Shown: positions 7,929 through 17,267, counted from the first letter of the stretch. The stretch is 64,000 nucleotides of DNA from an uncultured Saprospiraceae bacterium (GCA_964398295.1 CAYNMW010000001.1:13490-77489); one strand, 5' to 3'. Notes: a model not told the origin generated them from the letters alone. Program-made: numbers and translations.

Positions 7929-10655
7929 ATGCGACAAATGTTGATGATTCTTCGTGTGACACTAGTAGTGTCGGTTTGTACTGTAGAGGCTGTCTCAAAA
8001 ACCGATTTTGTTGAGATGCTTCTGGTAGAAGATCACCTCATTTGTAGACATCAAAGTGTTGTATTAGACATTGATGGCACCAAACAGATCCATGCATTTA
8101 AGTTTGCAGCAAAAACGAATGGCTTTTCCGAAATATCAGTGAGACGTGCAGAAATGAACGACCTTGCTTGTGAGACTGAGGGCTCAAACAAATTCGGAAA
8201 AGCTGTCGATTTTTGCTGCAACGATGCTGGATCAGAAGTTTTGATCGAATTACAAGCTTTTAATTCAAAAGGAGAATTGAGAAATTGTATGGTTGACATC
8301 AAAGTCATTGAAGGCGGTAGTTTGACTGTCAATGGTTGTCTCCCAGATTTAGTTGTTCCTTGTAATACTCCCATTGATCCTGCAAATCTTTCCAATTTGG
8401 GAAGGTTGGTTACTGATGCTTCATTACAACAACCAATTATCATTCATGGTGACGTTGTTGGTTTTGATGGTATCATTCAATCAAAATGCGGTGATGGTCA
8501 ACCACTAGCAAAAAAGATTACCGTTAATGAGATTGTAGATATTGAAGAAACTCAATTTTGTGGTCAAGCTTTTAGCATAACCAGGAGATTTCAAATCACT
8601 GATGCAGGCGGAGTTAATTCTGAATGTCAACAGCATATATTAGTCGAAGCAGATGTTACACCTTTATTATATCAAGACATTATTTGGCCTGCCGATACAA
8701 CAGTATTTGGTTGTTCCATTGATGAGTTTGATCGGTCAGCTCTTGGCGTACCTACATTTCCTACAGCTGATTGCGAAAATTTAATTGCTAGCCATGAAGA
8801 CACAGAGTTCAATGTGACAGATGCGAGTTGCCGAAAATTCTTGCGAACATGGACAGTTATCGATTGGTGTGCTTTTGCAGCGAATCAAAATTCAGGTATT
8901 TGGGAACATACACAAGTAGTCCGAATAGAAAGTAACATCAAACCCGTCATTACAAATTGTGAGGATATTGAAACATGCGTTAACGAAAAAACCTGTTTAG
9001 CTAAATTTGTTTTCAATTTAGTAGCAACTGATGATTGTGCAAATACAGAAGATTTATTTTATACATATGCATTGTCTTTGAATGGTGATGATGATAATAG
9101 ATTGATTGGCAATTCCCGAACCGTAAACGAATATTTGCCAATTGGACAGCATGTGTTGTTTTGGTCTGTGAGAGATGGCTGCAATAATTTTGAAACTTGT
9201 AGCCATCAAATCACAGTCAAAGATTGTACTTCACCTTCCTTGATTTGCCTTGGATCATTTACAAGTACCTTGACAGATCTAGGCATCAATGAAGACCCCG
9301 TTTTAGAAGTGTGGGTCAATGACTTGGTTAAAGGACCATTTGATAATTGTACTCCAGTTGATAGTGCAATTTTATCCTTTTCTAAAGACACACTTATTCA
9401 ATTCATGAACTTTGGTTGTGCAGACATCGGAATTAATGAATTAGAGATTGTAGTCAAAGGGAATGATACACACTCCAGTTGTATCACTTCTTTAGTGGTT
9501 CAGGATAATGCAAATTTATGTGGGCTAGGAAGGAGTGCCACAATATTAGAAGGTTCCATTACTTCGGAAAGCGGGTCTCCTATTTCCGATGTTGAAATTG
9601 GACTAAGCTCAATACATGCTACAACTACAGTTTCTAGTAATGTGGAAGGAAAGTATCTTTTTGAAAATATTGAAGAAGGGGAGGAGTATACCTTATCTCT
9701 TTCAAAGCAGGACCAATCAATGGAAGGAATTTCTGTTCGTGATCTGGTGTTATTGCAAAATCATATCATTGGAAAACAAGAGTTGGAATCTGCCTATCAA
9801 GTAATTGCAGGAGACTTGGATTTATCTGGACATTTATCTGTTACCGATCTGGTGAGATTGAAAGCATATGTGTTAGGTAAAGTTGAAAATGATATTTCTT
9901 GGACTTTTGTCAATACAGACATTACATTTATAGACCCAATGTCACCGTGGCCATTTCAATCAGATCTTAATTTGGCTATTGAAAATGGAACAGAAAATGT
10001 GAATTTTATAGGTTTGAAAATGGGCGATATAGATCATTCTTCCATGGATGATATGACTGAATCAAGGTCTTCAAAAAGTATTGTCATTCCATATGAAATT
10101 ACGAAAAAAGGGATTGAACTTGATTTGTCTGCTGTTGATTTCGAAATGATAAAAATTGACTTAACTAGTCTCAAGTTTTTGGAATTCCTTTATAATAAAA
10201 TTGCATTATCCACAAATGATCTATCAAGTATTGTGAATGAAAATGTCAATCAATATTCATTATTACTTGATCATACAAACATTGATAAGTCAACATTGTT
10301 GATTAAAGGACAGAAAGATGTGGAGAACATGACAGCAGTCGTTGTGACCAATGATCTGTTAGAAACAGATGCCTATTTTACATTAAAGTCACCAAAAAAA
10401 TCTGTGCACATAACTCCAAATCCTTTCCAAGATTTTGTCTCAATTCAAATTGAAAGTGACCATGTGACAGACATAGAGATACGTCTGTTAGATATGAGTG
10501 GTCGATTGGTTCAGAATTTCCAACATACGATAACCAGAGGAGTGCAAAATCTCAATATGCCAATAAATAATAGAGTGGATAATGGCATGTATTTCTTGCT
10601 TATTGAAGGTCCAGATTTTGAACCAACGACAAAAAAGATCATCAAAACTCGCTGA
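7929..10655 (+). CDS. T9SS-secreted adhesin-like protein (HYR/SprB-like Cys-bracketed repeats, dockerin-like unit, type A C-terminal sorting domain)
   Basis: 908 aa. The last ~80 aa (ITPNPFQDFVSIQIES...GMYFLLIEGPDFEPTTKKIIK) look like a Por_Secre_tail domain. Motifs such as RTWTVIDWC and CSHQITVKDCTSP recur. GDLDLSGHLSVTDLVRLKAYVLG is dockerin/EF-hand-like. Confidence 0.7.
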   Translation: MRQMLMILRVTLVVSVCTVEAVSKTDFVEMLLVEDHLICRHQSVVLDIDGTKQIHAFKFAAKTNGFSEISVRRAEMNDLACETEGSNKFGKAVDFCCNDAGSEVLIELQAFNSKGELRNCMVDIKVIEGGSLTVNGCLPDLVVPCNTPIDPANLSNLGRLVTDASLQQPIIIHGDVVGFDGIIQSKCGDGQPLAKKITVNEIVDIEETQFCGQAFSITRRFQITDAGGVNSECQQHILVEADVTPLLYQDIIWPADTTVFGCSIDEFDRSALGVPTFPTADCENLIASHEDTEFNVTDASCRKFLRTWTVIDWCAFAANQNSGIWEHTQVVRIESNIKPVITNCEDIETCVNEKTCLAKFVFNLVATDDCANTEDLFYTYALSLNGDDDNRLIGNSRTVNEYLPIGQHVLFWSVRDGCNNFETCSHQITVKDCTSPSLICLGSFTSTLTDLGINEDPVLEVWVNDLVKGPFDNCTPVDSAILSFSKDTLIQFMNFGCADIGINELEIVVKGNDTHSSCITSLVVQDNANLCGLGRSATILEGSITSESGSPISDVEIGLSSIHATTTVSSNVEGKYLFENIEEGEEYTLSLSKQDQSMEGISVRDLVLLQNHIIGKQELESAYQVIAGDLDLSGHLSVTDLVRLKAYVLGKVENDISWTFVNTDITFIDPMSPWPFQSDLNLAIENGTENVNFIGLKMGDIDHSSMDDMTESRSSKSIVIPYEITKKGIELDLSAVDFEMIKIDLTSLKFLEFLYNKIALSTNDLSSIVNENVNQYSLLLDHTNIDKSTLLIKGQKDVENMTAVVVTNDLLETDAYFTLKSPKKSVHITPNPFQDFVSIQIESDHVTDIEIRLLDMSGRLVQNFQHTITRGVQNLNMPINNRVDNGMYFLLIEGPDFEPTTKKIIKTR

Positions 10656-10808
10656 TTTTACACACACCAATTATTAATCACTTCTATACCAAATAGAAAT
10701 TAGTTTGGAATATTTAAAACTGGAAAAGCTATTTCTTTCGAGTATTATACACGATCTATTTTACTAAGTAAAATAGCATCGGTATAGTTCTTTTTTGTAA
10801 CATAGTGC

Positions 10809-13247
10809 ATGACTTCATCATCAAAGTCAGCAGAAGCAATGCAATGGTTTGAGGAAAAAGGTTGGACTGCATTCCCATTCCAACTTGAGACCTGGAAGTT
10901 GTACTTGGAAGGGAAACATGGTATTGTCAATGCGCCAACAGGTAGCGGTAAGACATTCTCTTTAATCGTACCAATTTTGTTAGAAGGTCTACATGCCAAA
11001 ACACCTACAACTGGTAGAATTCAAGCACTTTGGATTTCGCCCATAAGGGCATTAACTAAAGAAATCAAGTTTGCGGCAGAGCAAGCAATAGAAGGTCTGG
11101 GATTGAACTGGAAAGTAGGTATAAGGTCAGGAGACACATCGACCACTGAGCGACAAAAGCAAAAAGAGAATCCTCCGGAAATTTTAATCATCACACCAGA
11201 AAGTATTCATGTCCTTCTTGCTTCTCAAGGATACAGTTCTTTTTTTGAAAACCTCAAAGCAGTTGTCGTAGATGAATGGCACGAATTGATGGGTAACAAA
11301 CGCGGAGTCCAGGTCACCCTAGCCTTAAGTCGGTTTTTACGAATAGCGCCAAAATTGAGGATATGGGCGATCTCCGCAACAATAGCAAATTTGGACGAAG
11401 CAGCTGATGTCTTGCTTGGTGCAAAAACAAATGATGGATATGCAATTATCAAGTCTTCAGTTAAGAAGAGAATTTCAGTGGAATCTATCATCCCAGATGA
11501 AATTGATAATTATCCCTGGGCAGGACACTTGGGTATTCGCATGTTGATACAGATCATACCAGTTATTCGCTCTAGTAAGTCTACACTGATCTTTACCAAT
11601 ACCAGAGCCATGTGTGAAATCTGGTACCAGAAGATTTTAGATGCTGAACCGAATCTAGCAGGGATCATCGCAATGCATCATGGTTCGATAAGTCGCGAAT
11701 TGCGGGATTGGGTAGAAAATGCTTTACATGAAGAAAAACTAAAAGCCGTTGTCTGTACATCAAGTCTTGATCTGGGAGTAGATTTCAGACCAGTAGAAAC
11801 GATTATCCAAATAGGAAGCCCCAAAGGAGTGTCGAGATTTATACAACGAGCGGGTAGGAGTGGGCATCAACCAGGTGCAGTGAGTAAGATATATTTTGTA
11901 CCCACTCATGCACTCGAATTGGTGGAAGGTGCTGCACTTAGAACTGCGATTGCAGAGGGTGTCCAAGAACCTCGACTTCCCTTCATCCGCTCCTTTGACG
12001 TCTTGATTCAATACTTGATGACCTTAGCTGTATCTGAAGGATTTGATCCCAATGAAATCTATGAAGAAGTAAAACAGACTTTTTGTTATGAAAGTATGAC
12101 TAGAGAAGAATGGCAATGGTGTTTGAATTTCATGGTGAATGGAGGGGATAGTTTGGAGGCATATGATGAGTTCCAACGTGTTGTTAATTACAAGGGTAGA
12201 TACATTGCAGCGAATAAATACGTAGCACGACGACACAAGTTATCTATTGGTACTATTGTAAGCGCTACCTCCATTACATTAAAGTATATGGGTGGTAAAA
12301 AAGTAGGCACCGTCGAAGAATGGTTTATCGCTCAGATCAATCCTGGAGAAGCATTTTGGTTTGCTGGCAGACCATTAGAATTGGTAAGGATGAAAGAACT
12401 GACGGCATTTGTCAAAAAGTCAAAAAAGAAAAATTCGAGAATTCCCAGTTACATGGGTGGCCGAATGCCCTTGTCATCTATGTTGGCAAAACTATTGAGG
12501 AAAAAGATGTACAACTATGCTGACGGAGTCATTGACGAAATGGAATTAGAAGTCATTTCACCATTATTTGAAAAACAACGAGAAGTCTCGCATCTCCCTA
12601 AAGATGATGAATTTTTAATTGAATATTTCGAAACGAGTGAAGGGTATCATTTATGTATGTATCCTTTTGAGGGGCGATTTGTGCATGAAGGGATCGCTGC
12701 TTTATTGGCAATGCGGATTGCTGAAAAAATTCCGATCAGTTTCAGTATTGCCATGAATGATTATGGCTTTGAATTACTATCTGATAAACAAATTGATATA
12801 GAAGAGATAATAACGGCTGGACTATTTGACACCAAAAATCTTTTTGAAGACATTCAATCTAGTATAAATGCAATCGAAATGGCACGAAGAAAATTTAGAG
12901 ACATTGCAAAAATTTCTGGCTTAGTTTTTCAGGGTTTTCCAGGTCAAGCCAAGAAAGAAAGACATTTACAATCATCGTCATCTTTGTTATTTGATGTATT
13001 CAAAGATTACGATCCAGACAATCTACTGTATCTCCAAACCTATGACGAAGTGCTTACATTTCAATTAGAAGAAGCTCGATTGCGTAATGCATTGAAAACA
13101 ATACAAGCACAAAAATTAATCTTGTCTACGCCTTCTAGTTATACACCCTATTCATTTCCGATAATTGTGGATCGCTTGAATAGAGAAAAGTTGAGTACGG
13201 AACCAATTGAAGTGAAGATTCAGAAGATGTTGGGGCAGGGCGAGTGA
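10809..13247 (+). CDS. Lhr-like DEXH-box helicase, resembling the ligase-associated DNA-damage-response helicase family
   Basis: 812 aa with Walker A NAPTGSGKTF, a DEWH box (VVDEWHEL) and helicase-C motifs (TSSLDLGVD, QRAGRSGH). It has a long Lhr-type C-terminal extension. The N-terminus WFEEKGWTAFPFQLETW is typical of TIGR04121-like proteins. Confidence 0.8.
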   Translation: MTSSSKSAEAMQWFEEKGWTAFPFQLETWKLYLEGKHGIVNAPTGSGKTFSLIVPILLEGLHAKTPTTGRIQALWISPIRALTKEIKFAAEQAIEGLGLNWKVGIRSGDTSTTERQKQKENPPEILIITPESIHVLLASQGYSSFFENLKAVVVDEWHELMGNKRGVQVTLALSRFLRIAPKLRIWAISATIANLDEAADVLLGAKTNDGYAIIKSSVKKRISVESIIPDEIDNYPWAGHLGIRMLIQIIPVIRSSKSTLIFTNTRAMCEIWYQKILDAEPNLAGIIAMHHGSISRELRDWVENALHEEKLKAVVCTSSLDLGVDFRPVETIIQIGSPKGVSRFIQRAGRSGHQPGAVSKIYFVPTHALELVEGAALRTAIAEGVQEPRLPFIRSFDVLIQYLMTLAVSEGFDPNEIYEEVKQTFCYESMTREEWQWCLNFMVNGGDSLEAYDEFQRVVNYKGRYIAANKYVARRHKLSIGTIVSATSITLKYMGGKKVGTVEEWFIAQINPGEAFWFAGRPLELVRMKELTAFVKKSKKKNSRIPSYMGGRMPLSSMLAKLLRKKMYNYADGVIDEMELEVISPLFEKQREVSHLPKDDEFLIEYFETSEGYHLCMYPFEGRFVHEGIAALLAMRIAEKIPISFSIAMNDYGFELLSDKQIDIEEIITAGLFDTKNLFEDIQSSINAIEMARRKFRDIAKISGLVFQGFPGQAKKERHLQSSSSLLFDVFKDYDPDNLLYLQTYDEVLTFQLEEARLRNALKTIQAQKLILSTPSSYTPYSFPIIVDRLNREKLSTEPIEVKIQKMLGQGE

Positions 13248-13256
13248 ATACAATCT

Positions 13257-13340
13257 GCCGAGAGGTGAAACACCTTCGACTCAGGTCTATTCTTCAATGC
13301 ATTCTATTCCTGAGCAAAAGGTGTTTCACCTCTTTGCGCA
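13257..13340. repeat. Family-1 intergenic repeat: two inverted copies forming a long imperfect palindrome
   Basis: AGAGGTGAAACACCTT (13261-13276) pairs perfectly with AAGGTGTTTCACCTCT (13318-13333). The outer CTCAGG / CCTGAG segments also pair. The same ~32-nt motif recurs at 17274 and 29796. Confidence 0.75.
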
Positions 13341-13345
13341 ACATT

Positions 13346-13380
13346 GGTCCCCTTTGTGCTCAAAGGGGATTTAGGGGATT
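13346..13380 (+). repeat. Family-2 hairpin repeat (stem CCCCTTTG/CAAAGGGG followed by ATTTAGGGGATT)
   Basis: The 35-nt GGTCCCCTTTGTGCTCAAAGGGGATTTAGGGGATT matches 32 of 35 positions to the reverse complement of 57758-57792. A diverged copy lies at 54011-54040. Confidence 0.75.
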
Positions 13381-13433
13381 AGATTATCAATGATAACCAC
13401 TACTTTCGCAACAGTAATTAACTACCTGTCAAA

Positions 13434-15050
13434 ATGACTTCCAAAAAGACTAGTAATCTTGTTCTATTTCTCTTTCTGATTGTTCCAATCCTTGGGTATT
13501 TATTATGGCCTTTACAAAGTGATGAATTTCAAATAGAATGGGATGTAAATTTAATGGAAGTAAAGGCACAACTATTGTCAAACATAAGTCAACAAACTGA
13601 TACAACTTCTCGACCCAATATCATTTTAATCCTAGCTGATGATTTAGGTAAATATGACATTTCACTTTACGGGCATCCAATTGTCAGAACACCAAATATT
13701 GATCGATTGGCAAAGAGTGGAGCTCGCTTTGAACAAGGCTACGTAAGTGCATCTGTTTGCGCACCTTCAAGAGCTGGATTATTAACAGGCAGATACCAGC
13801 ATCGATTTGGCTTTGCTAGTCAGACGCAAGAAAATTACCTAGATAATCGACTTCAATATTATGGGATGAATGCATTTATTGATTCATATCCGTGGAAAAT
13901 AAAGAGAATGGATAAAGTGCCCAATGCTGAGGCAATGGCCAAGCAAGGGTTACCACCTTCAGAGATTACAATTGGTGATGCTTTAAAAGCAAAAGGGTAT
14001 AAAACTGCATTGATTGGCAAATGGCATCTTGGGAAAAATAAAGGACAGACACCTTGTGATTTTGGCTTCGATTATCAGTATGGGTTTTACGCCTCACATT
14101 CATTATTTATTCCTGAAAATACTAAAGGCTATGTCGATCAAAAAAATGAGAATGATTGGACGGATCAATATATCTGGGAAGGTCAACGCGAAGGCGTTCA
14201 TGCTGTTAGACGTAACTGTCAGATAATCCAGGAAGACCGATATTTTACTGATGCCATTTCTGAAGAAGCGATTCAATTCATAAATAAGAATGAGCAACCG
14301 TATTTCATGTATTTGCCCTTCAACGCGCCACATACACCATTACAAGCTTCAGAGAAGGATGTAGCTATATATAAAGAAGTGAAGGATCCTATTAAACGCA
14401 TCTACTATGCCATGATTACATCTCTCGATAGGGCTATTGGAAATATTTTGGATGAAGTAGAACGTAAGGGGCAAACTGATAACACATTGATATTTTTACT
14501 TAGTGATAATGGTGGCGCAACATATACACACACTACTGATAATGACCCATTAGAAGGTGGTAAAATGACAGCTTTTGATGGTGGTTTGCAAATTCCATTT
14601 ATCATGAAGTGGCCAGAAAAGGTGCCTGCAAATCAAGCATTCGATGAGCCAGTAATTAGTCTGGATATATTCCAAACTTGTCTAAGTGCGGCCAATATCA
14701 CTACTCCGCTTAATCGAAAAATTGATGGCTTGGATTTAATGAATATTGTCAATGGAGAAACAGAATCATTTACAACTAGAGATTTATTTTGGAATAGCGG
14801 AGATATGACAACTGTTCTTGATTTTCCTTATAAGTTGATTCACATGAAGGAAAGACAACAAACAATGTTGTACAAAATAGATACTGATCCGTATGAAGAA
14901 TCAAACTTAGTTGATCAGAATAAATCAATGGTCCAGAAATTACTGATCAAACAACAAAATTGGCACCAAGAATTACCAAAGCCTATGTGGCCAACGATGA
15001 TTGAATTCATTCACGAAAAAGATGGAGAAAAATATTACTTTGATAATTGA
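13434..15050 (+). CDS. Sulfatase (arylsulfatase A family, formylglycine-dependent)
   Basis: 538 aa with an N-terminal TM/signal segment. ILILADDLG precedes SVCAPSRAGLLTGR, which carries the C-x-P-x-R formylglycine motif (Cys codon at 13758). Confidence 0.9.
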   Translation: MTSKKTSNLVLFLFLIVPILGYLLWPLQSDEFQIEWDVNLMEVKAQLLSNISQQTDTTSRPNIILILADDLGKYDISLYGHPIVRTPNIDRLAKSGARFEQGYVSASVCAPSRAGLLTGRYQHRFGFASQTQENYLDNRLQYYGMNAFIDSYPWKIKRMDKVPNAEAMAKQGLPPSEITIGDALKAKGYKTALIGKWHLGKNKGQTPCDFGFDYQYGFYASHSLFIPENTKGYVDQKNENDWTDQYIWEGQREGVHAVRRNCQIIQEDRYFTDAISEEAIQFINKNEQPYFMYLPFNAPHTPLQASEKDVAIYKEVKDPIKRIYYAMITSLDRAIGNILDEVERKGQTDNTLIFLLSDNGGATYTHTTDNDPLEGGKMTAFDGGLQIPFIMKWPEKVPANQAFDEPVISLDIFQTCLSAANITTPLNRKIDGLDLMNIVNGETESFTTRDLFWNSGDMTTVLDFPYKLIHMKERQQTMLYKIDTDPYEESNLVDQNKSMVQKLLIKQQNWHQELPKPMWPTMIEFIHEKDGEKYYFDN

Positions 15051-15121
15051 ACGCATTAAAATTTTTCGACATCGTTCACTATAAATTTCATAAAATTTAT
15101 ATTTGAGTACCAATAATCTAT

Positions 15122-15532
15122 ATGACGAGTGAAGAGTTAATAAAAGAAGCAGGTAAATTAGTTAATCCTAAAACAATTGATAATGCTGAAATGGGCGGTG
15201 TCGGATGCATTTTAGTTACTGATAAAAATAATTTATTTAAAGGTGTTTGTATCGATACGAATTCAGGGATGGGCTTTTGTGCAGAACATACTGCAATAAG
15301 TCAAATGATTACCCAAGGCGAGTATAAAATTCAAACTATTGTAGCCGTTGCAAAAGACAAGAACAGCAATATTACAATCCTTGCCCCTTGTGGAAGATGT
15401 CGAGAATTCATGTATCAGACCAACAATACAAATATTAATACGGATGTAGTGTTAGGCAAAAATAAAATAGTAAAACTAAAGGAACTGCTTCCTTATTTTA
15501 ATTGGTCACAAAACTTTATTAACCCAGAATAA
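15122..15532 (+). CDS. Cytidine / blasticidin-S deaminase family protein
   Basis: 136 aa with the zinc-ligand motifs CAEH...PCGRCREF. Size and C-terminal LKELLP resemble blasticidin-S deaminase. Confidence 0.7.
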   Translation: MTSEELIKEAGKLVNPKTIDNAEMGGVGCILVTDKNNLFKGVCIDTNSGMGFCAEHTAISQMITQGEYKIQTIVAVAKDKNSNITILAPCGRCREFMYQTNNTNINTDVVLGKNKIVKLKELLPYFNWSQNFINPE

Positions 15533-15636
15533 TTAGATAAAGAAATTACTTCATAGTATGATAAAAGGATTCAGTAATATGCACATACTAATTACTTGTT
15601 TAAATTTACCTATCTGAATAATTAACTGATTGACAC

Positions 15637-16404
15637 ATGAAGATTCAGCGCCTCAATATGGACAACTGCTGGTGCATTGATTTTGAAGATAAAACACTTC
15701 TAATCGACCCTTGGTTAAAAGGTGCAGAAGTTGATTATTTTTCTTGGTTCAATAAGCAATGGCTTCGGACAACACCTGTATCTCCAGAAGATGTTCCAGC
15801 CTATGATTATGTTGTCATCACTCAAAAATATCCTGATCATTTTCACCCCGAAACACTGCTTGCACTACAGCCAAAAAAACTCATTGTTCCGAAATCTATT
15901 CTTGCAAAAGTAAAATCATTATTACCGAATTCGGATGTTGATCATTTTGGTTCGTCTCCTGTGCAATTAGATGGTTCTAAGCTTCGAATTCATGCTCTTC
16001 AGTCAACACGGAAAATGGATCCCATTTATGATGCATTGCTAATTGAGAATGGTGAGGAAAGCATCTTTCTTGCCACCCACGGTTTTACAGAACCAGATGC
16101 TTGGCTCGACCAACTTTCATTATTGCCAGCGGTGACTCTTGCATTCACTCCTTTTGACGAATATAGGTTGCCATCTTGGCTAGGAGGTGCAGTCACACCA
16201 GGGCTCGATGCAGTCAAAGACATGATAACATCTATTAAGCCTCATAAAATAGTAGCTACTCATGATGAAGATAAAATTGCTAAAGGATTAATATCAAAAT
16301 TGGCTAGAATCACTCGATCTCCGGATTCCTCTATTTTATTAAAACAAGACTTATTCAAAAATCGATTGCTCCACATTACAGATTACAATTGGCACATCAT
16401 ATGA
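15637..16404 (+). CDS. MBL-fold metallo-hydrolase-like protein
   Basis: 255 aa. It begins LLIDPWL and carries a degenerate HxHxDH region (QKYPDHFHPE). A late ATHDED motif is also present. Confidence 0.5.
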   Translation: MKIQRLNMDNCWCIDFEDKTLLIDPWLKGAEVDYFSWFNKQWLRTTPVSPEDVPAYDYVVITQKYPDHFHPETLLALQPKKLIVPKSILAKVKSLLPNSDVDHFGSSPVQLDGSKLRIHALQSTRKMDPIYDALLIENGEESIFLATHGFTEPDAWLDQLSLLPAVTLAFTPFDEYRLPSWLGGAVTPGLDAVKDMITSIKPHKIVATHDEDKIAKGLISKLARITRSPDSSILLKQDLFKNRLLHITDYNWHII

Positions 16405-17267
16405 GTACAAAAAGCAACGCCCTATTTCAAATAATATTTATCTATATCATTATAGCTATCTCTGGTCTATTAGGTTTAATGTATATACAAACGGGATCTG
16501 AAGTTGTAGATTTTCTGATGGCGCATGTTGTGATGACAGTGGTCTGTTTTATTTGTTCATTGGTGAAACGCAATAGTTCTGTCTATGATCCTTTCTGGAG
16601 TATCGTTCCGTTTTTTTTTACTGTAGCTTGGGCTTATCTCCATACAGATATATTGAATATATATCACATCATCACGTTTGTAGTCATTAATTTATGGTCA
16701 TGGCGGTTGACATTTAATTGGGTTCGGTCATGGTCAGGATTTGATCATGAAGATTGGCGTTATGTTGAATTAGCTGAGAAATCAGGAGCACTATATCCGA
16801 TCGTCAATTTTTTTGGCATTCACCTTTTTCCAACTTTTTGGGTGTTTGGTGGCATGTGGCCTTTATTTTACATGTTTGGATCCGAATTGCAATCATTAGC
16901 ATTATTTATTGTCGGAGTAATCACAAGTTTAGCCGGCTTTTTATTCGAATTTTTTGCTGACAATCAGTTGGCTGCATTTCGTCGACGACAGAATCCAAAA
17001 ACGGAGGACCTTCTGGATACTGGATTATGGGGACGATCCAGACATCCTAATTATCTAGGAGAATTACTTTTTTGGATAGGTCTTTTTGCAATAGGTTATT
17101 CCTTTGGAGCACCTTTAATGACAATTGCAGGTTGTGTTGCGCTGATCCTTTTATTTATGTTGGCTTCAATTCCTTGGAAAGAAAGACGCATGGCAGAAAG
17201 ACGTCCTGCTTTTAAAGAGTACCAACGGAGAGTTCCAATGTTGATTCCCAGTTTAAAAAGTAAGTAG
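16389..17267 (+). CDS. DUF1295 / steroid 5-alpha-reductase-like polytopic membrane protein
   Basis: 292 aa with multiple TM helices. GLWGRSRHPNYLGELLFWIGL is the DUF1295 signature. It overlaps the upstream gene by 16 nt. Confidence 0.7.
   Translation: MAHHMSTKSNALFQIIFIYIIIAISGLLGLMYIQTGSEVVDFLMAHVVMTVVCFICSLVKRNSSVYDPFWSIVPFFFTVAWAYLHTDILNIYHIITFVVINLWSWRLTFNWVRSWSGFDHEDWRYVELAEKSGALYPIVNFFGIHLFPTFWVFGGMWPLFYMFGSELQSLALFIVGVITSLAGFLFEFFADNQLAAFRRRQNPKTEDLLDTGLWGRSRHPNYLGELLFWIGLFAIGYSFGAPLMTIAGCVALILLFMLASIPWKERRMAERRPAFKEYQRRVPMLIPSLKSK

Noticed and set aside
8051-8443. 130-aa minus-strand ORF. The same applies to ORFs at 18918-19295, 21284-21610, 26753-27112, 27264-27727, 58987-59322 and 10745-10999.
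   Set aside because: All are embedded in, or antisense to, longer ORFs with clear domain content. They have no independent support.
16611-16619. T9 homopolymer inside the DUF1295 gene. An A8 also occurs at 53923-53930 in the patatin gene, and an A7 follows the start codon of the 3461-6985 gene.
   Set aside because: They encode FFF or KK(K) in an AT-rich genome and are most simply codon-usage by-products. Only the T8 in the anti-sigma-like gene was kept as a low-interest finding, because of its regulatory context.
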